Origin: Pseudomonadota bacterium
GTDB taxonomy: Bacteria; Pseudomonadota; Gammaproteobacteria; Burkholderiales; Thiobacillaceae
Direction: 5' to 3'
Length of the DNA stretch: 55,169 nt
Assembly: GCA_030836725.1 (NCBI GenBank)
Contig: JAUPLV010000001.1
Span: 1-55,169, forward strand
Positions 30,646 through 40,504 of the stretch are shown piece by piece (the first letter of the stretch is position 1; every line of letters starts with the position of its first letter). The translations under genes and the position numbers were made by a program. The notes below the pieces were generated by a model. It searched no databases, was not told where the DNA came from, and saw only the letters and a program-made list of their open reading frames with translations.

Positions 30646-31530
30646 TCAGTCGAACGACTGCACCGCGCGCAATGCGGCGATGCGCTCTTCCAGCGGCGGG
30701 TGCGTCATGAACAGGCGCTTCAGTCCGCTGGCGCCGCCGCCGCTGATGCCGAATGCGGCCATCTTCTCCGGAAGCGGCGCCGGGTGCAGGCTGTTGAGAC
30801 GCTCGAGCGCGGAGATCATGGCCTGCTTGCCGGCGAGCGAGGCGCCGCCGCGGTCGGCGCGGAATTCACGCTGGCGAGAGAACCACATCACGATGATCGA
30901 GGCGAGAATGCCGAGCACCAGTTCGGCGACGATCATGGTGACGAAGTACGCCGGCCCGTGGCCGCGCTCGTTCTTGAACACCACGCGGTCGACGGTATGG
31001 CCGATGACGCGCGAGAGGAACATCACGAAGGTGTTCACCACGCCCTGGATCAGCGCCAGCGTCACCATGTCGCCGTTGGCGACGTGGGCAATTTCATGGC
31101 CGATCACCGCTTCGGCCTCCTGCCGCGTCATGGTGCTCAAGAGGCCGGCGGACACCGCGACCAGCGCGTTGTTCCTGTTCATGCCGGTGGCGAAGGCGTT
31201 GACTTCGGGCGAAGGGAAGATGCCGACTTCGGGCATGCCGATGCCCGCATCCGCGGCGTATTTCTTGACGGTCTCGACCAGCCAGAACTCGGTCGAATTC
31301 GATGGCGTCTCGATCACCTGAACGCCCATCGATTTCTTCGCCATCCATTTCGAGATCGCAAGCGAAATCAGCGAACCGCCAAAGCCCATCACCGCCGCGA
31401 AGATCAGCAGCGAAGTCAGGTTCAAACCCTGCGCGGTGAGATAGGGCTCGACGCCCAGGATGCGCATGGTGATCGACAGCACCAGCACGATCGCCATGTT
31501 GGTAGCCAAAAACAACAGAATCCGTTTCAT
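30646..31530 (-). CDS. htpX: Membrane zinc metalloprotease HtpX
   Basis: [11 protein letters not shown] start (GGAG RBS), [30 protein letters not shown]. Confidence 0.96.
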   Translation of the reverse strand: MKRILLFLATNMAIVLVLSITMRILGVEPYLTAQGLNLTSLLIFAAVMGFGGSLISLAISKWMAKKSMGVQVIETPSNSTEFWLVETVKKYAADAGIGMPEVGIFPSPEVNAFATGMNRNNALVAVSAGLLSTMTRQEAEAVIGHEIAHVANGDMVTLALIQGVVNTFVMFLSRVIGHTVDRVVFKNERGHGPAYFVTMIVAELVLGILASIIVMWFSRQREFRADRGGASLAGKQAMISALERLNSLHPAPLPEKMAAFGISGGGASGLKRLFMTHPPLEERIAALRAVQSFD

Positions 31531-31619
31531 AGGTGTTCTCCAATCGAACAGACAAGTCAGCAATAGACACAGGATACGCCCGAAAGTATCCCAATAAAAT
31601 TCGATTTTTATGCCAATAT

Positions 31620-31638
31620 GATTCGTATTTATCGAATC
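31620..31638. promoter_or_regulatory. LysR-type operator (T-N11-A palindrome), probable NhaR site
   Basis: GATTCG-TATTTAT-CGAATC in the divergent htpX/nhaR intergenic region, with a second half-site-like ATTCGATTTTT just upstream. Confidence 0.6.
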
Positions 31639-31648
31639 GAGTACGGGC

Positions 31649-32554
31649 ATGCTCAATTTTAAACATCTGTATTACTTCCACACCGTGGCCAAGGCGGGCG
31701 CGGTCAATCGCGCCGCGGAAAAACTGCACCTGACCCCGCAGACGCTATCCGGCCAGATCAGCACCTTTGAAACGCGCCTTGGCACGCCGCTGTTTCGCCG
31801 CAGCGGGCGGCGGCTGGAACTGACCGACGCGGGAAAGATGGCGCTGGCGTATGCCGACGAAATTTTCCAGGTGGGCGCCGAACTGGAGGATGTGCTGCAG
31901 AACAGGTCATCCGCCCGCATGGCGACTTTCCGCGTCGGTGTCGCCGACGCCGTGCCCAAAAGCATCGCCCACCAGTTGATCGCGCCCGGACTGCTGATCG
32001 AGGAGCCGACCCGGCTGATCTGCACGGAAAACCGTCTGGAGCGGTTGCTGGCGGATCTGGCGATCCATCGGCTGGACATGGTTCTGGCCGACCGGCCACT
32101 GCCTCCCAACATGGACATCAAGGGCTACAGCCATCCGCTCGGCGAATGCGGCATCGGTTTTTTCGCCACCGCCGAACTGGCCGCCCGGCTGGCCGGAACC
32201 TTTCCGCAGCGCCTGGACGGCGCGCCGCTGCTGCTTCCCGGCGAGGAAAGCGCGCTCCGCGCGCCGCTGCTGCGCTGGCTAGAACGGCAAGGCGTGCAGC
32301 CCAACATCGTCGGCGAATTCGACGACAGCGCACTGATGCAGGCGTTCGGCGGCGCGGGAGCCGGGGTGTTTCCCGTGCCGATGACCAGCACTGCGGCAAT
32401 GGCGCTGCCGCCCGGCCTGCTCAAGCTGGGCGAAACACAGGAAGTGCGCGAACATTTTTTTGCGATTTCAGTGGAACGGCGCCTGCGTCACCCGGCGGTG
32501 GTGGCCATCAGCGAAGCGGCGCGGTTGACGCTGTTTGCCCGGCCGCCTGCCTGA
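31649..32554 (+). CDS. nhaR: LysR-family transcriptional activator, NhaR-like
   Basis: [58 protein letters not shown] signatures. Confidence 0.88.
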   Translation: MLNFKHLYYFHTVAKAGAVNRAAEKLHLTPQTLSGQISTFETRLGTPLFRRSGRRLELTDAGKMALAYADEIFQVGAELEDVLQNRSSARMATFRVGVADAVPKSIAHQLIAPGLLIEEPTRLICTENRLERLLADLAIHRLDMVLADRPLPPNMDIKGYSHPLGECGIGFFATAELAARLAGTFPQRLDGAPLLLPGEESALRAPLLRWLERQGVQPNIVGEFDDSALMQAFGGAGAGVFPVPMTSTAAMALPPGLLKLGETQEVREHFFAISVERRLRHPAVVAISEAARLTLFARPPA

Positions 32555-33031
32555 TCAGGCAGGCCCGTTCGTCACGGGGGAATCGCATGGCCGCATCGAA
32601 TCGCCCGCACCGGCAACCAGTTCCACCGCCCGGGACGGGTCGATGATTCGAAATCGCAACAGGCGGCGCCGCCGCAATCCGAGCAGCGCACGGTCCTTGC
32701 TGACCAGCACGTCCGCGGATTCGGCATCGGCCAGTTCGAGAAACTTCTGGTCGTCGGCATCGCGACAGCGCGGCAGCGTCCCTGGAGGCGGCGCATCGAC
32801 GCAGTGCGCCAGCGCCCGATAGCGGACCCACAGGCTGGCCTGCGCGGCCGCATCGAGCCGGAAGGCCGGATACGCCAGCACCCGTCGCAGTTCTTCCAGC
32901 GTCGCCTCCGTCACCCGGCATTCGATCATCCCCGATTCCAGCGCCCGCAAAATCGGTTGCGCCGCCGGATCGGAGAAATGCAGCAGGTCGAGCACCACAT
33001 TGGTGTCGATCACCCAGACCGGTTTATTCAA
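32555..33031 (-). CDS. PIN-domain protein (putative toxin family)
   Basis: VIDTNVVLD, EELRRVL, CRDADDQKFLELA, LVSKDRALL acidic residues. Confidence 0.85.
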   Translation of the reverse strand: MNKPVWVIDTNVVLDLLHFSDPAAQPILRALESGMIECRVTEATLEELRRVLAYPAFRLDAAAQASLWVRYRALAHCVDAPPPGTLPRCRDADDQKFLELADAESADVLVSKDRALLGLRRRRLLRFRIIDPSRAVELVAGAGDSMRPCDSPVTNGPA

Positions 33032-33395
33032 GCCCCGTGTGCTCGGCGATGAACTCGCGCACCCAGTGTTCCGGCTTGGCGCTGGAGAACCGCCCGACGA
33101 TCTCGCCCTTGACGAACAGCAGCACGGTGGGGAAGCCGCGTAGGCCGTAGCGTCCCGCGAGTTTCATGTTGTCGCCTTCGTCGACCTCGACCTTGGCCAT
33201 GTGGATCCTGCCGGCGTGATGCGCGATGACGCGCTCCAGCACCGGCGTCAGCGCCCGGCAGGGCGGACACCAGTCGGCCCAGAAGTCGACCAGGACCGGC
33301 AGCGTTCTGGAAGCCTCGATCACGTCGCGGTCGAAGTGTTCAAGATGGGTATCGAAAATCAGGCCCGAAGCAGGGTCGGCGTGTGGATGGGTCAT
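33024..33395 (-). CDS. Thioredoxin
   Basis: VLVDFWADWCPPC, GFPTVLLF. Confidence 0.92.
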   Translation of the reverse strand: MTHPHADPASGLIFDTHLEHFDRDVIEASRTLPVLVDFWADWCPPCRALTPVLERVIAHHAGRIHMAKVEVDEGDNMKLAGRYGLRGFPTVLLFVKGEIVGRFSSAKPEHWVREFIAEHTGLE

Positions 33396-33549
33396 GGGGT
33401 GGAATCCGTCTGTCGTCGTGGTTCGAAATCAATGCCGCCTATTTTGCCTCAAGGACCCGCCGTTTTTGCCGGCGCCGGCCGGGCCAAGCCGGATCCGCCG
33501 CGCAAGAAATCGCTTCACCAGGAGGTCGAAGGGCTGTTATTTTTACGGC

Positions 33550-33959
33550 ATGGAAGCGCGCTTTTATCGAGAACAGGAAATTGCCCGACTGCCGGACTTT
33601 CTTCCCTCCGCCACCTACAACCTGGCGCACACGCTGCTATCGCGCACGGACGGCTGCCTTTTTGTGCCGATCCGCAGCCTTCAGTACATGGCGGTTCTGG
33701 ACGCCGAGGAGTTCATTTTTGTAGACGGCCAGAACAGGGCCTGGGTCGAACTGGCCTGGCAGAATTCCGTCCGCGGGCGCGCAGCGCGCTCGACGAACGG
33801 GTGCCGTTCGAAGTGGCGCATTACACAACGCAGGCCGCGGAAACCATGAAGCGCCTTCCGGCCGAGTTTCTGAAGGCGCTTCAGGTGCTGGCCAAGCGCG
33901 ACCTGCCGCGGCAGGATGCGCGCGTGCTGCCGCTGGTACGCCCTCCCCGCCCGAAGTGA
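33550..33959 (+). pseudogene. Hypothetical protein split by a 1-nt frameshift (or sequencing error)
   Basis: MEARFYRE...FVPIRSLQY...ELAWQN in one frame continues as FRPRARSALDERVPFE...PRPK in another. Adding one T at 33765-33766 (AAT TTC CGT) restores a continuous ORF of about 136 aa. Confidence 0.7.
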
Positions 33960-34067
33960 GGGATGGGCTCCGCACGGGAATAAGCCCGCGAACTTCGCCG
34001 ACTGGACGCCACGGCCACCGCAATGTTAAAAAGCCTGCATGCGCCTCCCCGTCTCCCCCTGCCTACC

Positions 34068-34775
34068 ATGAACGACCACGGTGTTTTTTCCGTCCTGGTC
34101 GTGGAAGACCATGCGGATCTGGCGGCGAACATCGCCGATTTTTTGGAAGGCCATGGCCATCTGGTGGACGTGGCGATGGATGGCGTGACCGGCCTGCATC
34201 TGGCGGTCACCCAGCCCCACGATGTCATCGTGCTCGATCTGATGCTGCCCGGCATCGACGGCCTCACCCTGTGCCGTCGACTGCGCCAGGATGCGCAGTC
34301 CGAAACGCCGGTGCTGATGCTGACCGCGCGCGCCTCGCTGGACGACAAGGTCGCCGGCTTCGGAGAAGGCGCCGATGACTATCTGACCAAACCGTTTGAG
34401 CTGCGCGAGCTGGAACTGCGCCTCGCCGCCCTGGTGCGGCGTGCCAGGAGCGGCGAACGCCTGAACCGGCTGCAGGTGGCCGACCTGGTGTTCGACCTCG
34501 GCGCCCGCGTCGTGCAACGCGCGGGCCGCACGCTCACCCTGCCCCTGCTGCCGCTGCGCATCCTCGAACTGTTGATGAAGCGCTCGCCCAACGTGGTCTG
34601 GCGGCGCGAAATCGAACAGGCCGCCTGGGGGGATTCGCCGCCCGATTCCGATTCCCTGCGGGTGCACATGCACACCCTGCGTGCGGCCATCGACCCACCT
34701 GACCTGCAGCCCCTGCTCCATACCGTGCGCGGAGTTGGCTACCAGCTGAAAGCACCGGATGCCCCGTCTGCATAG
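34068..34775 (+). CDS. OmpR-family response regulator (ColR-like)
   Basis: VVEDH, VLDLMLPGIDG, MLTAR, DYLTKPF, winged helix (PPDSDSLRVH...LLHTVRGVGY). Confidence 0.92.
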   Translation: MNDHGVFSVLVVEDHADLAANIADFLEGHGHLVDVAMDGVTGLHLAVTQPHDVIVLDLMLPGIDGLTLCRRLRQDAQSETPVLMLTARASLDDKVAGFGEGADDYLTKPFELRELELRLAALVRRARSGERLNRLQVADLVFDLGARVVQRAGRTLTLPLLPLRILELLMKRSPNVVWRREIEQAAWGDSPPDSDSLRVHMHTLRAAIDPPDLQPLLHTVRGVGYQLKAPDAPSA

Positions 34776-36042
34776 CCTGCGCGCACGGGTCGCCCTGTAT
34801 TTCGCCGGCCTGGGTGCGCTGCTCAGCCTGGTCATGGCCATGATGATGTACCAGTCCGCCCATGACCTGAGCCTGCGCCTGGTGGATGAAACCCTGACCG
34901 CCGAACTGGACGACTACATCGCCCGCCGCGGGCGCAACCCCCACTCGCTGCCGCCATCCACCGTCATCCTGCAGGGCTATGTGCGTGAAGCGGGCGAGAC
35001 GGACGGCGTGCCGGATTACCTCGCCAGGCTGCCGCCCGGCCGTCACGAAGTCCGCGTCGGCGAGCTGTTCTACCGGGCAGCCGTCCTCGACCAGGACAAC
35101 GCCCGCTACTACCTGCTTCACGACATCTCCCTGAAACTCAAGCGCGAGCGGCGCTTTGCCCAGCAGCTCAGCGTCGTTGCATTCGCCATGACCCTGCTCT
35201 CCGCCTTGCTGGGTATTTTTCTTTCCGGCGCGGCGATCGCGCCGGTGCGCGACCTCGCCGCGCGGGTACGCCACCGCCGGCCGGAAGACTGGGACCGGCC
35301 GCTGGCCGAACATTTTCATGATCGCGAAATCGAGGAACTGGCCGGCGTATTCGACCGCCAGCTCAGCCGCATGCGCGCCTTCATGGAGCGCGAGCGCGCC
35401 TTCGGCGCCGACATGAGCCACGAATTGCGCACCGCGCTGGCCGTCATTCTCAGCGCCACCGAAGTGCTGCTGGACGACGACAAGCTGAACGAAAAGCAAA
35501 AGGCGCGCGTGCAGCGCATCGAGCGAGCAGCGCGCGACATGGCCGAACTCGGCACCGCCCTTCTGCTCATGGCGCGCGAGGATCATGCCCAGCCCGCCAG
35601 CGGCTGCCAGGTCGCCGCGGTCATCGAGGACGCGGTGGAAAGGCAGCACCACGTGCTCGGCAGCAAGCCGATTGCCGTCGACGTGCAAACCGACCCCAGC
35701 CTCGTCGTCGCCGCCGATTGCGGGCTGGTCGATATCCTGGTCAGCAACCTGGTGCGCAACGCCTTTTCCTACACCGACGCCGGCAGCGTCACCATCCGTC
35801 AGGACAGCCGCAGCCTCGTCATCTCCGACACCGGCCGCGGCATTCCCGCCGACGCCATCGACCAGGCCTTCCTGCGCCACTTCCGCGACATCAGCAGCAC
35901 CGGCGCCGGCATCGGCCTGTCCCTGGTCAAGCGCATCTGCGACCGCTACGGCTGGCAAGTCCGGCTGGAGAGCGGGGAGCAGCAGGGCACCACCGTGACG
36001 GTAGTGTTCGCGCGGCTGGAAAGCAGGCAGCACAGCCAATAG
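34759..36042 (+). CDS. Sensor histidine kinase (ColS-like)
   Basis: Two TMs, HAMP, SHELRT H-box, NLVRNA, DTGRG, GIGLSLV. Confidence 0.92.
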   Translation: MPRLHSLRARVALYFAGLGALLSLVMAMMMYQSAHDLSLRLVDETLTAELDDYIARRGRNPHSLPPSTVILQGYVREAGETDGVPDYLARLPPGRHEVRVGELFYRAAVLDQDNARYYLLHDISLKLKRERRFAQQLSVVAFAMTLLSALLGIFLSGAAIAPVRDLAARVRHRRPEDWDRPLAEHFHDREIEELAGVFDRQLSRMRAFMERERAFGADMSHELRTALAVILSATEVLLDDDKLNEKQKARVQRIERAARDMAELGTALLLMAREDHAQPASGCQVAAVIEDAVERQHHVLGSKPIAVDVQTDPSLVVAADCGLVDILVSNLVRNAFSYTDAGSVTIRQDSRSLVISDTGRGIPADAIDQAFLRHFRDISSTGAGIGLSLVKRICDRYGWQVRLESGEQQGTTVTVVFARLESRQHSQ

Positions 36043-36187
36043 CGGCCCCTCCCCCATCCGCGATCAATGCGGCCCCGATTCCAGCCTTCACGGTTTTTGC
36101 GGTTCGTTGGGCGGTTTTCCGGGGCACCAGGTCGCGCCGATGGTGTAACGTTCGGGTCCGCAATAAATATGCCCCAGATTATCCCGC

Positions 36188-38134
36188 ATGAAATTTCGCC
36201 CGTTCCGTTTCACCCACCTGCCGTTTCTGCCCTACGCCCTGTTGTTTCTGTCCATCGCCAGCCTGACGCGCCTGGCGCTGACGGCACAAACCGGCCTCGG
36301 CACGATCCCGGTTTCGCTCTGGCCCGACCTGTTCCTGCGCGGCATCGGATTCGATCTGGCGGTGCTCGCCTGGCTGCTCGCGCCGATGCTGCTGTGGGCC
36401 ACGCTGTGGCCAGGGCGCTGGCGCAATACGCGCTGGCAGGGGGAGCTGCGCCTGGCGATCTTCTTCCTGATGGCGACGATCCTGCTGTTCGGTGCGCTTT
36501 CGGAATGGGTTTTTTGGGAGGAGTTCGAAACCCGTTTCAACTTCATCGCCGTCGATTATCTGGTCTACACCCACGAAGTAATCGGCAACATCGTCGAGTC
36601 CTATCCGGTCGGCACCCTGCTCGCCGGTGTGGCTGCGCTGGCTGCGTTTCCGACCTGGCTGTTTCGATCGCGCATCCGGGCCGCGGGCATTCCCGCAACC
36701 CAGGTCCGCTTGCGCCTGCTGTATGCCGTCCTGGCGGTGGCCCTGCCCTGGGGCGCATGGAATCTGGCCGATGTCGACCAGATGCAGTTTTCCGGCAACG
36801 CCTATGCCAACGAGCTTGCCGGCAACGGCCTGATGACCTTCGTTGCCGCCTTCCAGCGCAACGAACTGGATTATGAGCGCTTCTATGCGACGCTCCCCCC
36901 GGCGCAAGCTGATCGCATCCTGGCCGAGCTCGGCGTTGAACGAGCGCCGCTGTCGAAGGCGCTGAATCCCGGTCCCGACGAAAGCGAGCTCTTCGATTTG
37001 CGGCGCCTGCCGTTCAAGCGCCCGCCACGCAACGTGGTGCTGATTTCGGTGGAAAGCCTGTCCGCCAGGTTTCTCGGCAGCTTCGGAAATCCGGCCGGGT
37101 TGACCCCGCGTCTGGACGCACTGGCAAAGGACGGCCTGCTGTTCACCCATCTCTATGCCACCGGCACGCGCACGGTGCGCGGCCTGGAGGCCCTGTCGCT
37201 CGGCACGCCGCCGATCCCCGGCCAGGCGATCGTGCGACGGCCCGGCAACGAGCATCTGGCGACAGCCGGCGAGATTCTGCGCCGGCAGGGCTACGAGACG
37301 CTTTTCCTGTATGGCGGCTACGGCTATTTCGACAACATGAATGGCTACTTCGCCGGCAACGACTATCGGGTGGTCGACCGTACCGATTTTCCGAAAGCAT
37401 CGGTCGGCTTCGGCAACGTCTGGGGGGTCGCCGACGAGTTCCTTTACGACAACAGTCTCGTGCAGCTCAACCAGGCCCATGCCGCAGGCAAACCGTTCCT
37501 GGCGCAGATCATGACCACCTCCAACCACCGCCCCTATACCTACCCCGATGGCCGCATCGACATCCCCTCGCCGGGCAAACGCGAGGGCGCGGTGAAATAC
37601 ACCGATTACGCGATCGGCCGCTTCATCGACCAGGCACGCAACAAACCCTGGTTTGACGAAACCCTGTTCGTCATCGTCGCCGACCATTGCGCTTCCGCCT
37701 CCGGCAAGACCAAGCTGCCGGTTCCGGGCTATCACATCCCGCTGATTCTCTACGCGCCGTCCATGCTGGCTCCTGGGCGCGACGACCGACTTGCGAGCCA
37801 GATCGACATTCCGCCAACCTTGCTGGATGTGCTGGGCCTGCCCGGCGACAACCATTTCTTCGGCAAGTCGCTATTCGAACAGCGCCTCGAAAACCGGCGT
37901 GCCTTCATCAGCAATTACCAGGAACTGGGCTACCTGAAAGCGGACAAGCTGATCGTGCTGGGCCCGAAGCAACGGGTCGACACCTTTCGGATCGATGCCA
38001 ACGGCGAAGCCAGTCCTGCCGCACCGGATTCGCGCCTTCGCGACGAGGCCGTGGCCTACTACCAGGCCGCTTTCAAGGCGTTCAAAGAGGGCGCATTGAA
38101 AATGCGGGCGCAGGAAAAGGGTATGACGCGATAG
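36188..38134 (+). CDS. LTA synthase-family membrane sulfatase/phosphoglycerol transferase
   Basis: About five N-terminal TMs, NVVLISVESL, ATGTRTVRG (catalytic Thr), TTSNHRPY, VADH, SQIDIPPT. Confidence 0.88.
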   Translation: MKFRPFRFTHLPFLPYALLFLSIASLTRLALTAQTGLGTIPVSLWPDLFLRGIGFDLAVLAWLLAPMLLWATLWPGRWRNTRWQGELRLAIFFLMATILLFGALSEWVFWEEFETRFNFIAVDYLVYTHEVIGNIVESYPVGTLLAGVAALAAFPTWLFRSRIRAAGIPATQVRLRLLYAVLAVALPWGAWNLADVDQMQFSGNAYANELAGNGLMTFVAAFQRNELDYERFYATLPPAQADRILAELGVERAPLSKALNPGPDESELFDLRRLPFKRPPRNVVLISVESLSARFLGSFGNPAGLTPRLDALAKDGLLFTHLYATGTRTVRGLEALSLGTPPIPGQAIVRRPGNEHLATAGEILRRQGYETLFLYGGYGYFDNMNGYFAGNDYRVVDRTDFPKASVGFGNVWGVADEFLYDNSLVQLNQAHAAGKPFLAQIMTTSNHRPYTYPDGRIDIPSPGKREGAVKYTDYAIGRFIDQARNKPWFDETLFVIVADHCASASGKTKLPVPGYHIPLILYAPSMLAPGRDDRLASQIDIPPTLLDVLGLPGDNHFFGKSLFEQRLENRRAFISNYQELGYLKADKLIVLGPKQRVDTFRIDANGEASPAAPDSRLRDEAVAYYQAAFKAFKEGALKMRAQEKGMTR

Positions 38135-38241
38135 TCACATGTTCGAACCGCCTGGGCGCCGTGCGCTTCCGGTTCGATGGGTCTCGCCGCCAGCCTGTTT
38201 GCGTTGCGGGGACGCGCGGCCTGCCCCTGAAAATGCGAAAA

Positions 38242-38306
38242 TTGACACGGGCGCCGGAAAACCCTACAAGAAACCTGCACAAGTGAGAATCCGTCTCATA
38301 TGAGAC
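38242..38306 (+). promoter_or_regulatory. Sigma-70 promoter with downstream Fur-box-like operator upstream of the feoB-like gene
   Basis: TTGACA-17 bp-TACAAG (38242-38270), then TGAGAAT-C-CGTCTCA (7-1-7 Fur-like, 38284-38298) overlapping the perfect palindrome GTCTCATATGAGAC (38293-38306). Confidence 0.55.
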
Positions 38307-38317
38307 ATCCCTGATAC

Positions 38318-40375
38318 ATGACCTCGCCCGCGCACACCTTTCCCCTTCACGGCCCCGGACTGCGCGGGACCCGGCGGCCCCGCGTGGCCATCGTCGGCCG
38401 CACCGACAGCGGCAAGCACAGCATTTTCCGCGCGGCGGCCGCCACCTCCACCCGCCACGAGCGCCTGGCCGGCATCGGCCCCGCGTACGAGGAATGCCTG
38501 GTCGAGGTGGGCATCGACCAGATTTCCCTGGTCGCGTTGCCCGCCATCGACGGCCTCCACCACCCGGACGAAGGCGCCTGCGTGACGCTGAAATATCTGC
38601 TGTGGGGTGACCGCTGGCCGGTCATCGCCGGGCACGAGGCGCATCAGCCGGAGCACGCATTCGACGCTCCCGACGTGCTGCTGATGGTGATGGACGCCAC
38701 CGCGCTGGAGCGCGACCTCGAGCTTGCGCTGGAACTGACGCAGCTGGGACGGCCGATGGTGTTCGCGCTCAACCGCATGGACGAGGCACGGGCCAAGCGG
38801 CGCTTCATCAACGTGCGCACCCTCGCTTCCAGACTGGGCGCGCCGGTGGTGCCGACCGTCGCGCACATGGGCATCGGCCTGGCCGACCTGTATTCCACCG
38901 TGGTGCGCATCGCACGCGAGGCCCGGCATGCCCACGCGCAGCCGCCGTCCCATCCCCCCAGCGCGCACATCGAGGCGCAATTGCGCGCCATCGCCGACAT
39001 CGCGCACCAGCCCGACGTAGCGGCTGCGTTCGCGGCGCCCGAAGCCTTGCTGACGCACCAGCTCGCCGAGAACGACGGCTACTTCGCACAGGAATTGCAG
39101 GCGCATTTTCCCGACCGCCACGCCGCCCTGCTCGCCGCGCGCGCCGCCGCCGACGCGGCGCTGCCGCGCCCGCTGGCGGAGGAAATCCACGCCGACCGCC
39201 ATCACCGCGCCGCCCTGCTGTACGAGGCGGTGACCCGACCCGGCGAGGAAGGCGCGCCGCCGCGCTGGCAGCGCTGGGCGGACGATCTTTTCCTGCATCC
39301 ACGCTGGGGCTTCGCCGGCACCCTGGCGGTGTTCGCGCTGGTGCTGCTGTTCGTTTTCGAGGTGAGCGCCTTTCTCGACAGCCTCACCGTCGCGCGCCTG
39401 ATCGTGTGGGCCGAGCCGTGGCAGCCGACCGATCTCGCGGGGGTGCTCGCCCGCGCCGTGCTGGACGGCTTCATCGGCCTGGCCGGCATCGTCATCCCCT
39501 ACATGATCCCGCTGGTGCTGCTGCTGGTGTGGCTGGAAGAATCCGGAATCATGCACCGTGTCGCCTTCGTGGTGGATCGCGGCTTCCATCGGCTGGGGCT
39601 GCATGGCGGCGTCGCCCTGCCTTTCCTGATGGGACTGGGCTGCAACGTGCCGGCGCTGGCCGCCACCGCCGCCGTCACCCACGGCCGCGACCGCACCGTG
39701 GCCTCGCTCTTGATCACCTTCCTGCCGTGTTCGGCACGCTCGGCCATCATCCTGGCGGTGGGCGGCAAGTACCTCGGCGGCCTCGGCGTGTTCGCGCTGT
39801 TCATGCTCGCCCCCGTCGTCGTCAGCCTGGTCGGCAAGCTGCTCAAGCGCCGCTATCCCGAGACCACCCCCGGCATGATCCAGGAGATCCCCGCCTACGC
39901 CGTGCCCAGCCTGCGCGCCCTGCTCGCCAGTACCTGGGAGCGCAGCCGCGACATCGTCACCATCGTGCTGCCGCTGCTGGTCGCAGGCAGCGTGGTGCTG
40001 GCGCTGCTGGGCTATTTCGGCGCCGATGCCTGGATCAATCTCGCGCTGACGCCGGTGACCGGATGGTGGCTGGGGCTGCCGGTGGCGCTGGGGGTGCCGA
40101 TCCTGTTCGGCGTGCTGCGCAAGGAACTGTCGCTGCTCATGGTGTTCCAGGCGCTCGGCACCCAGGAACTGTCCAGCGTGCTCGACACCACGCAGATCGC
40201 CACCTTCCTGGTGTTCCTGACCTTCTATGTGCCCTGCGTGTCCACCTTCGCCATGATGCTGAAGCTGCTCGGCCGGCGCGACGCGCTGTATTCGGTCGGC
40301 CTTTCCATCGGCGTGGCGCTTGCCGTGGCGGCGGCGGTGCGCTGGTCACTGGAATTGACCGGGCAGGTCTTATAG
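38318..40375 (+). CDS. feoB: FeoB-like ferrous iron transporter with degenerate G domain
   Basis: Membrane domain motifs LEESGIM.RVAF, GLGCNVPA, FLPCSAR, GVLRKE, YVPCVST. N-terminal GRTDSGKHS, DATALER.L.L, NRMD. Confidence 0.85.
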   Translation: MTSPAHTFPLHGPGLRGTRRPRVAIVGRTDSGKHSIFRAAAATSTRHERLAGIGPAYEECLVEVGIDQISLVALPAIDGLHHPDEGACVTLKYLLWGDRWPVIAGHEAHQPEHAFDAPDVLLMVMDATALERDLELALELTQLGRPMVFALNRMDEARAKRRFINVRTLASRLGAPVVPTVAHMGIGLADLYSTVVRIAREARHAHAQPPSHPPSAHIEAQLRAIADIAHQPDVAAAFAAPEALLTHQLAENDGYFAQELQAHFPDRHAALLAARAAADAALPRPLAEEIHADRHHRAALLYEAVTRPGEEGAPPRWQRWADDLFLHPRWGFAGTLAVFALVLLFVFEVSAFLDSLTVARLIVWAEPWQPTDLAGVLARAVLDGFIGLAGIVIPYMIPLVLLLVWLEESGIMHRVAFVVDRGFHRLGLHGGVALPFLMGLGCNVPALAATAAVTHGRDRTVASLLITFLPCSARSAIILAVGGKYLGGLGVFALFMLAPVVVSLVGKLLKRRYPETTPGMIQEIPAYAVPSLRALLASTWERSRDIVTIVLPLLVAGSVVLALLGYFGADAWINLALTPVTGWWLGLPVALGVPILFGVLRKELSLLMVFQALGTQELSSVLDTTQIATFLVFLTFYVPCVSTFAMMLKLLGRRDALYSVGLSIGVALAVAAAVRWSLELTGQVL

Positions 40376-40504
40376 CGGATTGGAGGGTCGATTCCGGCCC
40401 TTCGCCGTCCACGAATTAACACCGGCTTGCCCATCGCTTAACCTTGGGTTAACACCCTCATCGCTACGATTCGACCCAATTCTCCTGGTCGGATTTTACA
40501 AGCG

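Noticed and set aside
32555-33031. Complete toxin-antitoxin module
   Set aside because: No antitoxin-like ORF is adjacent; the upstream gene is a thioredoxin.
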